This document shows positions 62,681 to 64,000 of a stretch of 64,000 nt of DNA, piece after piece (the stretch's first letter is position 1; every line of letters starts with the position of its first letter). The notes under the pieces were generated by a model. That model had not been told where the DNA came from. It did no database searches and worked only from the letters and a program-made list of their open reading frames with translations. The stretch lies in assembly GCF_009914755.1 (NCBI RefSeq), contig NC_060947.1. The stretch is one strand, 5' to 3'. The stretch comes from the human T2T-CHM13v2.0 reference genome, Homo sapiens. The position numbers were made by a program, and so were the translations under genes.

Positions 62681-64000
62681 GGTATGGGTCAGTCAGCATC
62701 TGTGAGGTGTGTTTTCTGGGCAACGTTTATCTGTATACGGTGGATGCGGGTAGGTGTCACGTACTCTGCCTTACACGAGAATGAGCAAAATGTGCATACC
62801 TTCTGGGGTGACCTCTGTATGTTTTTGCATTGTCATTTACCCAGGTGCGCTATTTGCGTTGGTTGTGGGTGTGCAAGCGCACTGTAGGTATATGTGTGTG
62901 CAGGGTGTGTGCATGTGTCCCAAGCGTGGAGACGTGTGCACGAGAGCCTCTGTGTGTCAAAGGGCTGCCCTGGTCTGGCCAGCAAAGCCGCAAGCTCAGT
63001 TGTCAGTTCCTCCTCCGGGCCAGCCTCAGCTGCCTTCGTGAGAATGACAAACCTGAGCTAATGCTGGCTGGAAGTGGCTGTGCTGAAGATGGGGGTGGGG
63101 TTCTCAGGAAGAGAATGCCAGGCCCAGCTAGATATGTGGCCCATGGGTCCCGGGGATGAGACCCCCAAAGTCCATGTGCCAGGGAGCTGGTGGGGGAGGG
63201 AGGCAGCCAGGGCCCTGCACTGCATTGAATGGAATCCTTGGTCACCAATGCAGAGAGGTTTGAAATCAAAGAGAGACGATTCCCAGGGCATTCTTTTCTG
63301 TGTCCACATATTGAGGTAGCAAAATCCAGGACTTGGTGGGTGCAGGCTTTGCTGCCTCGGGATTGTGAGGTATTGTGAAGCTATACCCAGCACCCGAGGC
63401 TCATCCTGGTGATCGTCTACCCTGAGCCTGAAGCTAAGGTCTTGAAGGGGTGGAGGGGGAGGAAGTAGCTGTCCTACTCTTTTGGCCAAGGCTGAGAAAC
63501 CATCCGCCCTAACCGTCCAGTCCAGAAAGTTTCCCCCTCCCCCTTGAGATGTTTGAGGATTTGAAAGTGAGAGGTGGAGAGAGGCTCATTTGCATGTTCA
63601 CTCACTCTCCCCAGCAGAGGAGTGAACCCCCCCTTCAGTCCTTCAAAATAACCTCCTTCTCCCAGGAACCCGAAACCAAAGATGCCACCATCATAGGAGG
63701 TGCGCCCTGTGGGCCAGGGAGGCCCCCACCAGGGGCTCCCTTCTCCAGTGGGCCCTTTGGCTGGGACGCAGCTTCAGTAGCCTAGAGCCCTGGATGCTGC
63801 CTCCCCAGCAAGTAGACAAATCAGGGAGCACACACGGACACTTGGCTCGGGGAATTGAGGAGCCTGTGAACCCTTAGTAACTGGTGGTGAATTCCCCTAC
63901 CCTGCCCCATGCTTGCACAGCTCACAGCTTGCTCCAGTCACAGTCCCCTCGCAGGGTGGCAAGAGCTCCACTCCCTTCACACCCTTTGAGGCCCTACAGG

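Overview
Human-type (Alu-rich primate) genomic DNA with two convergent protein-coding genes. On the + strand is the 3' part of BCORL1: nine coding exons from 1697 to the TGA at 34934-34936, covering the acidic/basic region, ankyrin repeats and C-terminal PUFD domain, followed by a long 3' UTR. On the - strand is the complete CDS of the ETS factor ELF4: eight coding exons from the ATG at 60129 to the TAA at 45521, totalling 1992 nt (663 aa). Its non-coding first exon and promoter were not found and probably lie beyond the window end. I read all exon boundaries from the sequence and their phases join without frameshift. The introns hold about 45 Alus (several nested), L1, MaLR, MER3, MIR and L2 relics, and most entries in the ORF track are Alu or antisense artefacts. 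I found no convincing new gene, RNA gene or unprecedented system. The best leads are: a promoter-like CpG island between the two 3' ends, with CTCF motifs in a divergent, boundary-like layout; a GC-AG intron in the BCORL1 ankyrin region; an in-frame cassette exon flanked by inverted Alus; a 3-codon uORF in the ELF4 leader; an L1-tail AATAAA that could be a distal ELF4 polyA signal; and several clear mutational footprints (template-switch hairpin, 46-bp duplication, triple-nested Alu hairpin). Repeat subfamily calls and repeat edges were made by eye and are approximate.
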